A DNA stretch of 64,000 nt from Chloroflexota bacterium (GTDB lineage: Bacteria > Chloroflexota > Anaerolineae > JAAYEA01), in the NCBI GenBank assembly GCA_019873665.1, contig JAIOAV010000005.1, positions 1 to 64,000 on the forward strand. Direction: 5' to 3'. The notes under the pieces were generated by a model. The model worked only from the letters and a program-made list of their open reading frames with translations. It was not told where the DNA came from and did not search any database. Within the stretch, counting starts at the first letter, position 1; each line of letters opens with the position of its first letter. This document shows positions 42,326 through 52,325 of the stretch, in pieces. A program made the translations under genes and the position numbers.

Positions 42326-43675
42326 ATGTCTTACGTTCCGCAAAACGACGCGGAACGGCAGGCGATGTTGGCAGTGCTGGGGCTGCGCGATGTGAGGGAG
42401 CTGTTCGATGACATCCCCGCCGAGTTCAGGTTCCCCGATCTGGACCTGTTTCCGCCAATGGCCGAGTTGGAGGTCATGCGGCGGCTGCAGGCGCTGAGCG
42501 AGAACAACCTGGACACCCAGCACTATATCAGTTTTTTGGGCGCAGGAGCCTATGACCACTTTGTGCCCAGCGTCGTGCGCCACATCACCGGCCGCTCCGA
42601 GTTCTACACCGCCTACACGCCGTACCAGCCGGAGATCAGCCAGGGCACGCTGCAGAGCATCTTTGAGTACCAGAGCATGATCTGCGCGCTCACCGGCATG
42701 GACGTGGCCAACGCTTCGCACTACGACGGGGCGACAGCGATGGCAGAGGCGGTGATGATGGCCTATCACGTGGGGCGCAAGAAGCGCCGCAAGGCGCTTA
42801 TCGCGCCTACCGTCCACCCCGAATACCGCGCTACCGTTCGCACCTACACGCAGAGCCTGGACATCGAGATCGTCGAAGGGCTCCCGGATATGGATCCGCT
42901 AAACCTGGACGTGGGCGCGCTGGCGGCAATGGTGGACAAGGACACCGCTTGCGTCGTCGTACAGAACCCCGATTTTTTCGGGCAGCTCTACAAGTGGGAT
43001 GCAGTGGCGGACGCGGCGCACGCCGCAGGGGCGCTCCTAGTGGTGAGCGCCGACCCCATCTCGCTGGGGCTTTTCCAGCCACCGGGCGCGTATGGTGCAG
43101 ACATCGTCATCGGCGAGGGTCAGCCGCTGGGGCTGGGCCTACAGTTCGGCGGCCCATACCTCGGCTATTTCGCCTGCCGCAAGGAGCATGTGCACCGCAT
43201 GGCAGGGCGCGTCGTGGGCGAGACGGTGGACGTGGACGGCAAGCGAGGCTATGTGCTGACGTTGACCGCCCGCGAGCAGCACATCCGCCGCGAGCGCGCC
43301 ACCTCGAACATCTGCACGAACCAGGCGCTCTGCGCGCTGGCCGCATCGGTCTATCTGGGAGCGATGGGCCGCACCGGGCTGCGTCGCATCGCCGAGTTGT
43401 GCTATCACAAGGCGCACTATGCGGCACAGCAGGTCGGCTCCTTGCCCGGCTTTGCGCTGGCAAGCCAGCAGCCCTTCTTCAAGGAATTCGTGGTCCGTTG
43501 CCCGCAGCCTGTGGACGAGATCAACGACCGCCTGCTGGATGCCAACATCATCGGCGGTTACGATCTGAGCCGCGACTATGCGCTGGAGAACCACATGCTG
43601 CTCTGCGTTACGGAGACGATAGACCGCGATGAGATAGACCATCTGGTGGCAACCCTGCGGGAGGTGACCACATGA
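42326..43675 (+). CDS. gcvPA: Glycine dehydrogenase (decarboxylating) subunit 1
   Basis: [20 protein letters not shown]… canonical GcvPA; ATG 2 nt after the gcvH stop. Confidence 0.9.
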   Translation: MSYVPQNDAERQAMLAVLGLRDVRELFDDIPAEFRFPDLDLFPPMAELEVMRRLQALSENNLDTQHYISFLGAGAYDHFVPSVVRHITGRSEFYTAYTPYQPEISQGTLQSIFEYQSMICALTGMDVANASHYDGATAMAEAVMMAYHVGRKKRRKALIAPTVHPEYRATVRTYTQSLDIEIVEGLPDMDPLNLDVGALAAMVDKDTACVVVQNPDFFGQLYKWDAVADAAHAAGALLVVSADPISLGLFQPPGAYGADIVIGEGQPLGLGLQFGGPYLGYFACRKEHVHRMAGRVVGETVDVDGKRGYVLTLTAREQHIRRERATSNICTNQALCALAASVYLGAMGRTGLRRIAELCYHKAHYAAQQVGSLPGFALASQQPFFKEFVVRCPQPVDEINDRLLDANIIGGYDLSRDYALENHMLLCVTETIDRDEIDHLVATLREVTT

Positions 43676-45144
43676 CAGAGCCCCTGCTGAACGAGCTGAG
43701 TGGCGAGGGACGCTGCGGCTGCCTCTTGCCCGATCTGGACGTGCCCCCAGCCGAGCTGCCCGCCGAGTTCCTGCGAGATGATCTCCCCCTGCCAGAGGTG
43801 GGGGAGGTGGATTTGGTGCGCCACTACGTGCGGCTCTCGCAGATGAACTATGCCGTAGATACAGGCTTTTACCCGCTCGGCTCCTGCACCATGAAGTATA
43901 ACCCCAAGGTCAACGAGGAGACGGCGCGGCTGCCCGGCTTTGTGCACACGCATCCCTACCAAGATGAGCTGACCGTCCAGGGAAGCCTGCAGCTCATCTG
44001 GGAATTGCAAGAGTTCCTGCGCGAGATTGGCGGTTTTGCCGGGGTCTCGCTGCAACCGGCAGCAGGCGCGCAAGGTGAATTTGCCGGCGTGCTCATGATC
44101 CGTGCCTATCACCGGGAGCGTGGCGATGCCAAGCGCCATATCATGCTCATCCCCGATTCCGCGCACGGCACCAACCCCGCTTCCACGAGCATGAGCGGCT
44201 ATGACACGGTGGAGATCAAGTCCGACGCGCGGGGAAACGTGGACCTGGAGGACTTGCGGGCGCACTGCAACGATGAGGTTGCCGGGCTTATGCTCACCAA
44301 CCCCAATACGCTGGGCCTCTTTGATGAGCATGTCGTCGAGATCGCGGCGCTGGTACACGGCTGTGGTGGGCTGCTATATGGCGACGGCGCTAACATGAAC
44401 GCCCTGCTGGGGATCGTCAAGCCCGGAGAGCTGGGCTTTGATGTGATGCACTATAACCTGCACAAGACCTTCTCCACGCCACACGGTGGCGGCGGCCCGG
44501 GCGCTGGACCGGTCGGCGTCAATGAAAAGTTGCTTCGCTACCTACCCGGGCCGATCGTAACCCGGGTTGAGGTGAAGGGAGAACACACGCAGGAGCATGA
44601 GGACGAGGATATTCCATCTTATGTCTACATCTGGTCCGTACCAGAGGCATCCATTGGGCGAATGAAATCGTTCTACGGCAACTTTGGTGTGCTGGTCCGC
44701 GCCTATACCTATATCTGCTCCCTGGGCGCGGCAGGGTTACGCAAGGCCAGCGAGACTGCCGTTCTCAATGCCAACTATCTGCTCCACCGGCTCAAGGGGC
44801 TCTACCCACTGCCCTATGACCGCCGCTGTATGCACGAGTTCGTCCTGTCCGGACGCCGCGAGGCCGCGCCGGACATTCATACGCTGGATATCGCCAAGCG
44901 TCTGATGGATTACGGCTTCCATCCACCGACGATTTACTTCCCGCTCATCGTGCCCGAGGCGCTGATGATCGAGCCGACCGAGACGGAGAGCAAACGCACG
45001 CTGGATGCCTTCTGCGAGGCGATGCACAAGATCGCCGCCGAGGCCGTGGAACACCCGGAGCTATTGCACGATGCGCCGCACGGCACGCCGGTGCGTCGGC
45101 TGGACGAGGTGCGCGCGGCTCGTCAGCCCAAGCTCACTTGGTAA
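43672..45144 (+). CDS. gcvPB: Glycine dehydrogenase (decarboxylating) subunit 2 (PLP-binding)
   Basis: …[13 protein letters not shown]…[16 protein letters not shown]… (PLP-Lys in HKTF); ATGA overlap with gcvPA. Confidence 0.9.
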   Translation: MTEPLLNELSGEGRCGCLLPDLDVPPAELPAEFLRDDLPLPEVGEVDLVRHYVRLSQMNYAVDTGFYPLGSCTMKYNPKVNEETARLPGFVHTHPYQDELTVQGSLQLIWELQEFLREIGGFAGVSLQPAAGAQGEFAGVLMIRAYHRERGDAKRHIMLIPDSAHGTNPASTSMSGYDTVEIKSDARGNVDLEDLRAHCNDEVAGLMLTNPNTLGLFDEHVVEIAALVHGCGGLLYGDGANMNALLGIVKPGELGFDVMHYNLHKTFSTPHGGGGPGAGPVGVNEKLLRYLPGPIVTRVEVKGEHTQEHEDEDIPSYVYIWSVPEASIGRMKSFYGNFGVLVRAYTYICSLGAAGLRKASETAVLNANYLLHRLKGLYPLPYDRRCMHEFVLSGRREAAPDIHTLDIAKRLMDYGFHPPTIYFPLIVPEALMIEPTETESKRTLDAFCEAMHKIAAEAVEHPELLHDAPHGTPVRRLDEVRAARQPKLTW

Positions 45145-45208
45145 CACGCGCAAAAGGCGGTGATGGCCAGCATAAGCCATCACCGCTTTTTTCCACGACC
45201 ACCGCCCG

Positions 45209-48200
45209 TCAGGGCAGCCTGCGCTCCCACACGCCATCGTTGGTGCCAGCATAGATCAACTGGCAGCGGACATAATCCAGCGCCAGCGCTTGCACCACGC
45301 GGTTCTCCAGCCCTTCATCGAGAGGTCTCCAGTAGAGGCCACCATTGGTCGTGATCAGCACGCCGCTCCCCGATGTCCCGGCGAATACGACCTGTGCACT
45401 GAGGGGATCCAGCGCGAGGCTATAAGTGCGGCCCAGGCCACCGACATACGTCCAGCTCTGGCCGCGGTTGTCGCTGCGAAAGACGCCGCCGTCCGTCCCC
45501 GCATAGACGATGGCCGGATTCGCCTGGCTGGTGACGATCGTCCAGACCACATCATTGCCCAGCGGCACATGCGACCACGATGCACCGCCGTTCGTCGAGC
45601 GATAGATGCCTCGGTCATAGGTGCCCGCCAGGATGAGCTGCGGATCCACCGGGTTGACGGATACCGAGCTCATCTGCAAGCTGCCGAGGCCGTTATTGAC
45701 GGCGTTCCACGACGCGCCGCCGTCAACGCTTTTGAAGACACCGGTCATCGCCGTAGCTGCATAGACGGTGCGGTCCACAGCATAGTTGGGGGAGATCGCC
45801 AGGCCGTACACATACGGGCTGGTCAGCCCGGTGTTGGCCGGCTGCCAAGTGATCCCACCATCGGTGGAACGATAGATGCCCGCATCGCCCCATGTGCCGA
45901 CAAAGACATGCCCGGCCGGCGAGGCTGTGGCCGCAATGGCATAGACAGCGACCGACGGCAGGCTGACGTTGGCGTACCACTCGCCGCCGCAGTAAAGGTG
46001 GCGGAAGAGACCACGATCGGTGCCAGCATAGACAGTCTGCGTGTTGCCCGGATCGGTCGCCAACGACTTGATCTCTACAGCCGTGAGGCCGCTCCGTTCC
46101 CAGACGACGGGATAGTCGCGGTAGATCAGCGGCAGTTGCAGCAGCCGGATCACAGTCGGCGTGGGCGTGGGGGTCTGGGTTGGCGTCTCGGTTACGGTGG
46201 GGGTCGCCGATGGCGATGGAGTCGTCGTGGCGGTCGCCGTATCCGTCGGCGTGGCAGTCGGCAGCGGCGAACCGGTCGCCGTCGGGGTCGGCGTCGGTTT
46301 GCTCTTTAGCGTGTAGCGCCACACACCACGCCCCCATGAACCGGCAAAGATCGTACGCCACACATTCGGCGAAACCGCCAGCGACGAGAGATAGGTAAAA
46401 TCAAGCCCCTCGCTAAAGGGCTCCCAACTCACGCCGGCATTCGTGGAATGATAGACACCGTGCTCGTCCGTGGCGACGTACACGGTCTGGTCAAGCAGGA
46501 ACTGCCCCAGCGTGATCGCTGCAACGCCATCATCGGGCAGGCTTGCGCCGACCGGCCGCCATTGGCCCCCGCCATCTGTCGAATAGAGCACCCCGCCGCC
46601 GCCAGCGGCAGTCGCATAGCCAGCAAAGATCGTGTGGTCGGAGATATAGCTAGGCGACAACGCTAATGAGCGGAACGTCACCTCGGCCGCCACCTCTGCC
46701 GGCCACTCTATCACCACGGGAGTCCAGAGGCTGCCGCCGTCAATAGACTTGAAAAGCTGGCCCCGATCTCCTCCCGCAAAGACCGCTTTCGTCTCGCCCG
46801 GCGGGTCAGTCTCGTTATAACCAGGCGACACAGCTACCACGCTGAACGCCGTGCCATCAGATACCAATGCTGTATTCCAGTCGCTGCCCATGTTTGTGGA
46901 CTTTAGAATGCCAGACGGGCCGGCGGCCAAGAACAAGGTCCGATCTGTGAGAAAGCGGGATGGAATGGCGAACATCTGCACGGAGGATCGCTCCGGCACG
47001 GTATAGACTTGCGTCCAAGAGATGCCGCCACGATTCGAGCGATAGACTTGACCATCCTGCCCGCCAGCGAAGACCAGGTTTGAGGCGACGCCGACACTGT
47101 GGATGGAACGCACCGCGCGCGGCAAGCCGCTGTTAGCCGTTTGCCATGTCTGCCCACCATCCGAGGACTGGAAGATGCCTCCCTCCAGCGTGCTGGCCAT
47201 CAGAAAGCGATCCAGGCCAAAGAGTGGCGAGATGCCGACAGAGGTCACATGCAAAGCGTTCAGTCCGATCGAGCTCTGCTGCCAGACATCCTGCACATTC
47301 CGCCGCAGACGGTACACACCGCGGCCCCGAGTTCCCAACCATACGGTCGAGTCGCGGTTGAAGGCTGGCGAGATAGCGACTGATTCGGCAACCGTCTCCT
47401 CGAGGCCATTGTTGAGCATCACCCACTGCAATCGGCCCAGACCATCGCGGCCGTTGGTCGCATACATGATACCACCGACCGGATAGTCCACATCCGGATA
47501 GAAGGAAGCAAAAGCGACCGCGTCGGTCTTGAACGTGGTAGAGAGCGCCACAGAGGAACAGGTGGGGAACGGGTTCAGCTGACTCCAGCCCGCGCCGTTA
47601 TCCGCTGTCCAGAGCAGCCCCTGACCCTCGGTCGCAACGAATATCGTCCGGTCAGCGGCGTAATCGGGGGAGAGGACGATCTGCCGTACGCTCGCCCCAT
47701 CCGGCACCTGGTAGAACGGATTCCAGTTAACGCCATCGTCTGATGAGCGCAGGATCCGCCCATCGCTGGTGCCCACAAAGATCACCGGGCTCCGCGGGTA
47801 TGTCGGCGCCAGGGCCACCGCGGAGATCACCACACCCGTTACCGGCGCTGCCAGGATCAAAGTCCATGTGTCGCCACCATTTGTGGAGCGATAGAGAGCG
47901 CTGGACGTGGATACCACGCTGGCGAAGACAATGTGGTCCGTGCGGAAGTTAGGAGAGATGGCAATAGCCGGAATGCCGATGCGTCCGGTCGGTTCTGGCG
48001 ATGGCATGGCGGGCGAGCAGTCACCCCATGTTCTCCCTTGATCATCAGAGCACCAGAGGCCGTCTTGGCGTGTCCCGACATAGATCATGCCACCTGTAGC
48101 ACCGCTTTCCGCCGCAAAATCCGGCGAGATCGCCATCGTCTGGATGGGCACATTCACCTGCCGGCCGGTCTCCCGCCAAGTATCAGCGCCATCATTCGAG

Positions 48201-48493
48201 ACAAAGACGCCACAAGAGGTGCTGGCGAAAAGGGTAGTGTCGCGGTTATAGGCGGGAGAGACAACGAGGCTTGAGACCGTGCCTCCCCATGGTCCGTTTG
48301 TCGTCCAATATCCCTCGGGGGTCTGCGTGGGGATCGCGGTCGGCAAGACTTGCGCGAACACACTGCCAGCAGAGTGGGGCACCATGACCCGGTTGGAGAT
48401 GCCTGGGGCGATGAGCAACGATACTACCAAAACCGCCCCGATTACGAACATCATGCCGCTAGGCCCATGTGTTGGCTCGTGCGTGTGGTTCAT
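45209..48493 (-). CDS. Secreted BNR/Asp-box repeat protein (two beta-propeller-like regions joined by a Thr/Pro-rich linker)
   Basis: >12 S-x-D-x-G-x-T/S-W Asp-box motifs (STNGGDTW, SDDGVNW, SSDGGQTW, STDGGITW, SDNRGQSW …), N-terminal signal/TM, central PTPTPTATGSPLPTATPTDTATATTTPSP linker. Confidence 0.75.
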   Translation of the reverse strand: MNHTHEPTHGPSGMMFVIGAVLVVSLLIAPGISNRVMVPHSAGSVFAQVLPTAIPTQTPEGYWTTNGPWGGTVSSLVVSPAYNRDTTLFASTSCGVFVSNDGADTWRETGRQVNVPIQTMAISPDFAAESGATGGMIYVGTRQDGLWCSDDQGRTWGDCSPAMPSPEPTGRIGIPAIAISPNFRTDHIVFASVVSTSSALYRSTNGGDTWTLILAAPVTGVVISAVALAPTYPRSPVIFVGTSDGRILRSSDDGVNWNPFYQVPDGASVRQIVLSPDYAADRTIFVATEGQGLLWTADNGAGWSQLNPFPTCSSVALSTTFKTDAVAFASFYPDVDYPVGGIMYATNGRDGLGRLQWVMLNNGLEETVAESVAISPAFNRDSTVWLGTRGRGVYRLRRNVQDVWQQSSIGLNALHVTSVGISPLFGLDRFLMASTLEGGIFQSSDGGQTWQTANSGLPRAVRSIHSVGVASNLVFAGGQDGQVYRSNRGGISWTQVYTVPERSSVQMFAIPSRFLTDRTLFLAAGPSGILKSTNMGSDWNTALVSDGTAFSVVAVSPGYNETDPPGETKAVFAGGDRGQLFKSIDGGSLWTPVVIEWPAEVAAEVTFRSLALSPSYISDHTIFAGYATAAGGGGVLYSTDGGGQWRPVGASLPDDGVAAITLGQFLLDQTVYVATDEHGVYHSTNAGVSWEPFSEGLDFTYLSSLAVSPNVWRTIFAGSWGRGVWRYTLKSKPTPTPTATGSPLPTATPTDTATATTTPSPSATPTVTETPTQTPTPTPTVIRLLQLPLIYRDYPVVWERSGLTAVEIKSLATDPGNTQTVYAGTDRGLFRHLYCGGEWYANVSLPSVAVYAIAATASPAGHVFVGTWGDAGIYRSTDGGITWQPANTGLTSPYVYGLAISPNYAVDRTVYAATAMTGVFKSVDGGASWNAVNNGLGSLQMSSVSVNPVDPQLILAGTYDRGIYRSTNGGASWSHVPLGNDVVWTIVTSQANPAIVYAGTDGGVFRSDNRGQSWTYVGGLGRTYSLALDPLSAQVVFAGTSGSGVLITTNGGLYWRPLDEGLENRVVQALALDYVRCQLIYAGTNDGVWERRLP

Positions 48494-48563
48494 CAGCTAG
48501 CTCCATTACGTCCAGGTGGTAGGGTTGGGCATCCCCTGCTGGCGCATCGCCTTTTGACAGCTA

Positions 48564-48593
48564 AATATACCATCAAATGACACACCAGTCAAT
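48564..48593 (-). promoter_or_regulatory. Sigma70-like promoter for the BNR-repeat gene (TTGACT-17-TATATT, minus strand)
   Basis: Reverse complement reads ttgact ggtgtgtcatttgatgg tatatt ~70 nt upstream of the start. Confidence 0.45.
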
Positions 48594-48610
48594 TGTAGAA
48601 GCGCTGACAG

Positions 48611-48646
48611 AAAAGGGCGCGCCCAGCAGACAGGCGCGCCCCGTGG
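48611..48646 (-). terminator. Rho-independent terminator closing the long minus-strand operon
   Basis: Minus strand: ggggcgcgcc-tgtctgctg-ggcgcgccc followed by ttttctgtc, immediately after the stop of the SHMT-GcvT fusion gene. Confidence 0.65.
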
Positions 48647-48653
48647 GCCATCG

Positions 48654-51600
48654 CTACTCTTGCGGCTCCGCGCCGCTTCGTCTTGCCTTCTCCTCCGGCG
48701 TTGGGAATCGCTCCAGGACTGTAGCCCATTCGGGAAGCAGCACACGATCCCCTAGTTGCAGGGCATTCATCGGCTTGGCTTCAGGCATTCGGTCCGGCGC
48801 AGGAAGCGCAAAGATGCCGATCGGTGTGCCCGCCTCGTTATAGCGCTTCTCCACATATGCCATGCCCATCTGCATCCCGCCGATGAGCGTGCAGCTTGTC
48901 ACCCAGCCGATGTGTTGACCGTTGCGGTTGACGACGGGATCATCCTGCCGCAGGGCGCGTGCGCCGCTGCGGTCCACGCGGAAGCGGACCACTGCCATCG
49001 TCCGGTTGGCTTCCTGGGCAATGCACGCCTGTCGGCCAATGAAGAACGGCTTGTGGAACTTGACAAAGAGGGCGAACCCCGCCTCTGTTGGTTTGATGTC
49101 ATGCGGGCCAGCCAGCTCGTGTCCATAGAGCGGCAGCCCCGCCTCCATGCGCGTCGAGTCGCGCGCGGCCAGGCCACATGGCCGCAGGCCCTCCTTCTCT
49201 CCGTTTTCCAGCAAGAGTCGCCAGAGGCGCACCGCATGATCCGGATGTACGTACAGCTCGTAGCCAATATCCTCGCCAGTGTAACCGGTGCGCGCCACGA
49301 TGAGCGGGATGCCTGCCAGCACGGTTTCGATGAAATGCGTGCGGCGAATGCGCGCCAGCGCGCGCTGTTGGCGGGGATCTTCCGTCAAGCTCTGCAAGAT
49401 AGCCAGCGACTTGGGCCCCTGCAAAGCCAGGTCCACCAGCCGATCCGCGCCGCTTTCGGAGGACTGCAGGTTGCGGATGGTAACCGGCGCGGGCGTCTGC
49501 ATGGCGGGATTGGCGCGGTCTATACGCACCTCGCCCGCGTTCACCGCGCGCAGCCATGCCAGGTCCTTGTCGGTGTTGGCCGCATTCACCACCACCAGAT
49601 AGCGGTCCCAGCAGCGACGGTAGATCATGAGGTCATCCAACACATGTCCATCCGGATCCATCAGATAGCTATAACATGATTGGCCGTCACGTAGCCACCG
49701 CACGTAATTCGTGCTCACCAGGTCGAGGAACGCAGCGGCATGCTCCCCCGCCACCTCGAGGACGCCCATGTGCGCCACGTCAAACAAGCCTGCCGCCCGG
49801 CGCACTGCCTGGTGTTCTTCTGCCACACTGGTGTACCACACCGGCATCTCCCACCCGGCAAAGGGGATGATCTTGCGGGTGAGACGGCGATGCTCTTCAT
49901 AGAGCGGCGTTCGCTTGAGAGGCTGTTCTTTGTCTTCCCAGTGGAATTCTCGCTTATCGCTGGCGGGCAACAGCGACGCATACGCCTTTTGCCCCACAAA
50001 ATACGGTTTGGTCAGCGCGAAATAGGCAGGATATGCCTGCTGCAGATGTGCCAGCGAGAGTTTCTCGGTGGCCGATGGCAGCGGCCAGCCCAACTGCGTC
50101 CGCAGCACTGGCTCGGCCTCCGGCCCCATCACCGTCGCGCCCCTCGCGTGCAGCGCCTCCAGAAGCACCCTTCGCGCCGTCTGGTGAACCAGGATCTCGT
50201 AGCGGGGCATGTCACCGCTTGCTGCCAGTGCGACCCAGGCCATCTGGTCACGCAACGCTTCGCCGGCCTGTAGTGCGCCATGCCACCAGACGGCTGGCGA
50301 CAGCTCGACGCCTAGCCCGTGCAGGATCGCGGGCGCTGCTGTCCCCTGCAACACGATCAATGCCAGCCGATCCTCAGCCGGCGGCTCGTCGCCCAGGTCG
50401 TCTACCACCACTGGCCCCTCAACCTTGGCCAAAAGGTCATCAGGGTCAAAGACCACATACCCATCCGAGAGATCCCGCAGCCACGCGCGCACCCGCTGCC
50501 GCGTCTCGGCAGGCAAGGTCAGCCAATAGCGGTCCGATTCCGTATCGCCAGCGGACATACGCCAGAGAGTGGCGTCCGACATCAGGGTGCCATCTGGCTC
50601 CAGAAGAAGGGTGCGATCCGCCTGTTGCGGGCGGAGCTCAGCCAGATTGCGCGTCGCTACCTGCTGCAAGAACGCACTGGCGCGGTCGCCGCTGATCTGC
50701 AGGATGCCGGCGGCCGTCAGATCAACGCCCACAGCGCCCTCCGTAGTGGCTTGCAAGATGGGCGTCGCCTCCGCCACGCTCGTGGCGGAGGCATTGCTCC
50801 CCTCGGCACTATCATAGTGCGGGTAGCCGGAACCGCGCGCGGCGGTTTCGGCCGGGGTTGCCTCGGCTATTCTGTTCACTTGACGTTTGACCTCCTCAAT
50901 GATTTCGAACGGGATCTTGCCGCGAGGCATCTCGCCGCGCGACCCAATGTAGTAAAATGGGTGGACGTTGGTCACAATACGATGGATGAGGCCGGCCAGG
51001 ACGTCCATGTCCGTCGGCCCCATGCCGCGCTGCGTCAGCCACGGAGTGCCGAGCCGCACGCCGCTTGCCAGCGCTGTTACGGTGTCGCCGGGGAGGGTGT
51101 TCTTGTTGGCCACCAGCCCGCACAGTTCCATGATCCGCACAGCGATCTCGCCGCGCACCGGCAACCCATTCGGCGTCTCGATCGCGCGAAGATCGAGCAA
51201 GCACATGTGCGTATCGGTCCCGCCATAGGCGACGCGCAGCCCGCGCGACTGCAGGCCTGCCGCCAGCGCCTGGGCATTCACCACGATCCGCTGTTGGAGC
51301 TCGCGGAACTGCGGCGTGGCAGCGATTTTGAACGCGACCGCCATCGCCGCGAACTTGTTCGTGTGTGGCCCACCCTGCGCTCCGGGGAAGACGGCGGCAT
51401 CCACCAGCTTGGCCCTATCTTCATCTGTGGTCATGATCACGGCACCACGCGGCCCGCACATGGTCTTGTGCGTGGTAAAGGTGATCACATCCGCCAGTCC
51501 CACCGGCGAAGGGCAGACGCCCGCGCACACCAGGCCCGCCGTATGCGCGATATCAGCCATGAGCAGCGCGCCACAGGCATCGGCGATCTCACGGAATGCC

Positions 51601-52298
51601 TTCCAATCCGGCGCCCACGGGTAGGAGGTAAAGCCAGCGACGATCAGCTTGGGGCGGTACTCCAGCGCGAGCCGTTGAATCGCCTCATAGTCGAGGCGCT
51701 CCGTTTTGGGGTCCACGCCATACGAGACGACATGATACCGTCGGCCGGAGATGTTGAACTCGCTGCCATGCGTCAGGTGGCCGCCCTGGAAGAGATCCAT
51801 CCCCATCAGCGTGTCGCCAGCTTTCAGGAAGGCGTCATAGACGGCTAGGTTGGCGGCAGCGCCCGATAGCGGCTGCACGTTCACATAGATGTCTGCTGCA
51901 GACACATCGGGGGTGGCAAAGAGGCTGGCGCAGCGCCGCTGTGCCAAGCACTCGATAAAGTGCACATAGTCTGCGCCCTTGTAAAAGCGTCTGTCTCCAT
52001 AGCGACGATAGTTGGCCAATTGGCGGGAGAGATCGAGGATGCCCGCCTCATCCTCTTCCATCATGCGTAGCGGCGGGTAGCCCTCTGCGTAAACGTTCGT
52101 GAACACCGAGGCCAGAGCCTCGCGCACCGGCTGCGGACAGATGCTCTCCGATGGGATAAAGATGAGCCGCCGCGCCTGGCGCTCCTCCTCCAAACGGATA
52201 ATCAGGTCAATGTCCGCGTCGACATCGGCCAAGCGACGACCCCATACGTCGCGATAGTCGCCCCCCTCATGCGACGATTGACCTGTCCCTTCTGCCAT
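48654..52298 (-). CDS. Tri-domain fusion protein: serine hydroxymethyltransferase + GcvT-like folate-binding domain + complete aminomethyltransferase (glycine cleavage T protein)
   Basis: Residues ~20-470 are a full SHMT (…FIPSESICPQPVREALASVFTNVYAEGYP…, PLP-Lys motif TTHKTMCGPRGAVIM). Residues ~800-1200 are a full GcvT (RTPLYEEHRRLTRKIIPFAGWEMPVWYTSVAEEHQAVRRAAGLFDVAHMGVLEVAGEHAAAFLDLVSTNYV…). The intervening ~300 aa carry a second, degenerate GCV_T-like domain (…ILQISGDRASAFLQQVATRNLAEL…). It is a single uninterrupted 1214-codon frame. Confidence 0.8.
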   Translation of the reverse strand: MAEGTGQSSHEGGDYRDVWGRRLADVDADIDLIIRLEEERQARRLIFIPSESICPQPVREALASVFTNVYAEGYPPLRMMEEDEAGILDLSRQLANYRRYGDRRFYKGADYVHFIECLAQRRCASLFATPDVSAADIYVNVQPLSGAAANLAVYDAFLKAGDTLMGMDLFQGGHLTHGSEFNISGRRYHVVSYGVDPKTERLDYEAIQRLALEYRPKLIVAGFTSYPWAPDWKAFREIADACGALLMADIAHTAGLVCAGVCPSPVGLADVITFTTHKTMCGPRGAVIMTTDEDRAKLVDAAVFPGAQGGPHTNKFAAMAVAFKIAATPQFRELQQRIVVNAQALAAGLQSRGLRVAYGGTDTHMCLLDLRAIETPNGLPVRGEIAVRIMELCGLVANKNTLPGDTVTALASGVRLGTPWLTQRGMGPTDMDVLAGLIHRIVTNVHPFYYIGSRGEMPRGKIPFEIIEEVKRQVNRIAEATPAETAARGSGYPHYDSAEGSNASATSVAEATPILQATTEGAVGVDLTAAGILQISGDRASAFLQQVATRNLAELRPQQADRTLLLEPDGTLMSDATLWRMSAGDTESDRYWLTLPAETRQRVRAWLRDLSDGYVVFDPDDLLAKVEGPVVVDDLGDEPPAEDRLALIVLQGTAAPAILHGLGVELSPAVWWHGALQAGEALRDQMAWVALAASGDMPRYEILVHQTARRVLLEALHARGATVMGPEAEPVLRTQLGWPLPSATEKLSLAHLQQAYPAYFALTKPYFVGQKAYASLLPASDKREFHWEDKEQPLKRTPLYEEHRRLTRKIIPFAGWEMPVWYTSVAEEHQAVRRAAGLFDVAHMGVLEVAGEHAAAFLDLVSTNYVRWLRDGQSCYSYLMDPDGHVLDDLMIYRRCWDRYLVVVNAANTDKDLAWLRAVNAGEVRIDRANPAMQTPAPVTIRNLQSSESGADRLVDLALQGPKSLAILQSLTEDPRQQRALARIRRTHFIETVLAGIPLIVARTGYTGEDIGYELYVHPDHAVRLWRLLLENGEKEGLRPCGLAARDSTRMEAGLPLYGHELAGPHDIKPTEAGFALFVKFHKPFFIGRQACIAQEANRTMAVVRFRVDRSGARALRQDDPVVNRNGQHIGWVTSCTLIGGMQMGMAYVEKRYNEAGTPIGIFALPAPDRMPEAKPMNALQLGDRVLLPEWATVLERFPTPEEKARRSGAEPQE

Positions 52299-52325
52299 AG
52301 GCTAACTCCTTCATGTGATCGTCTT

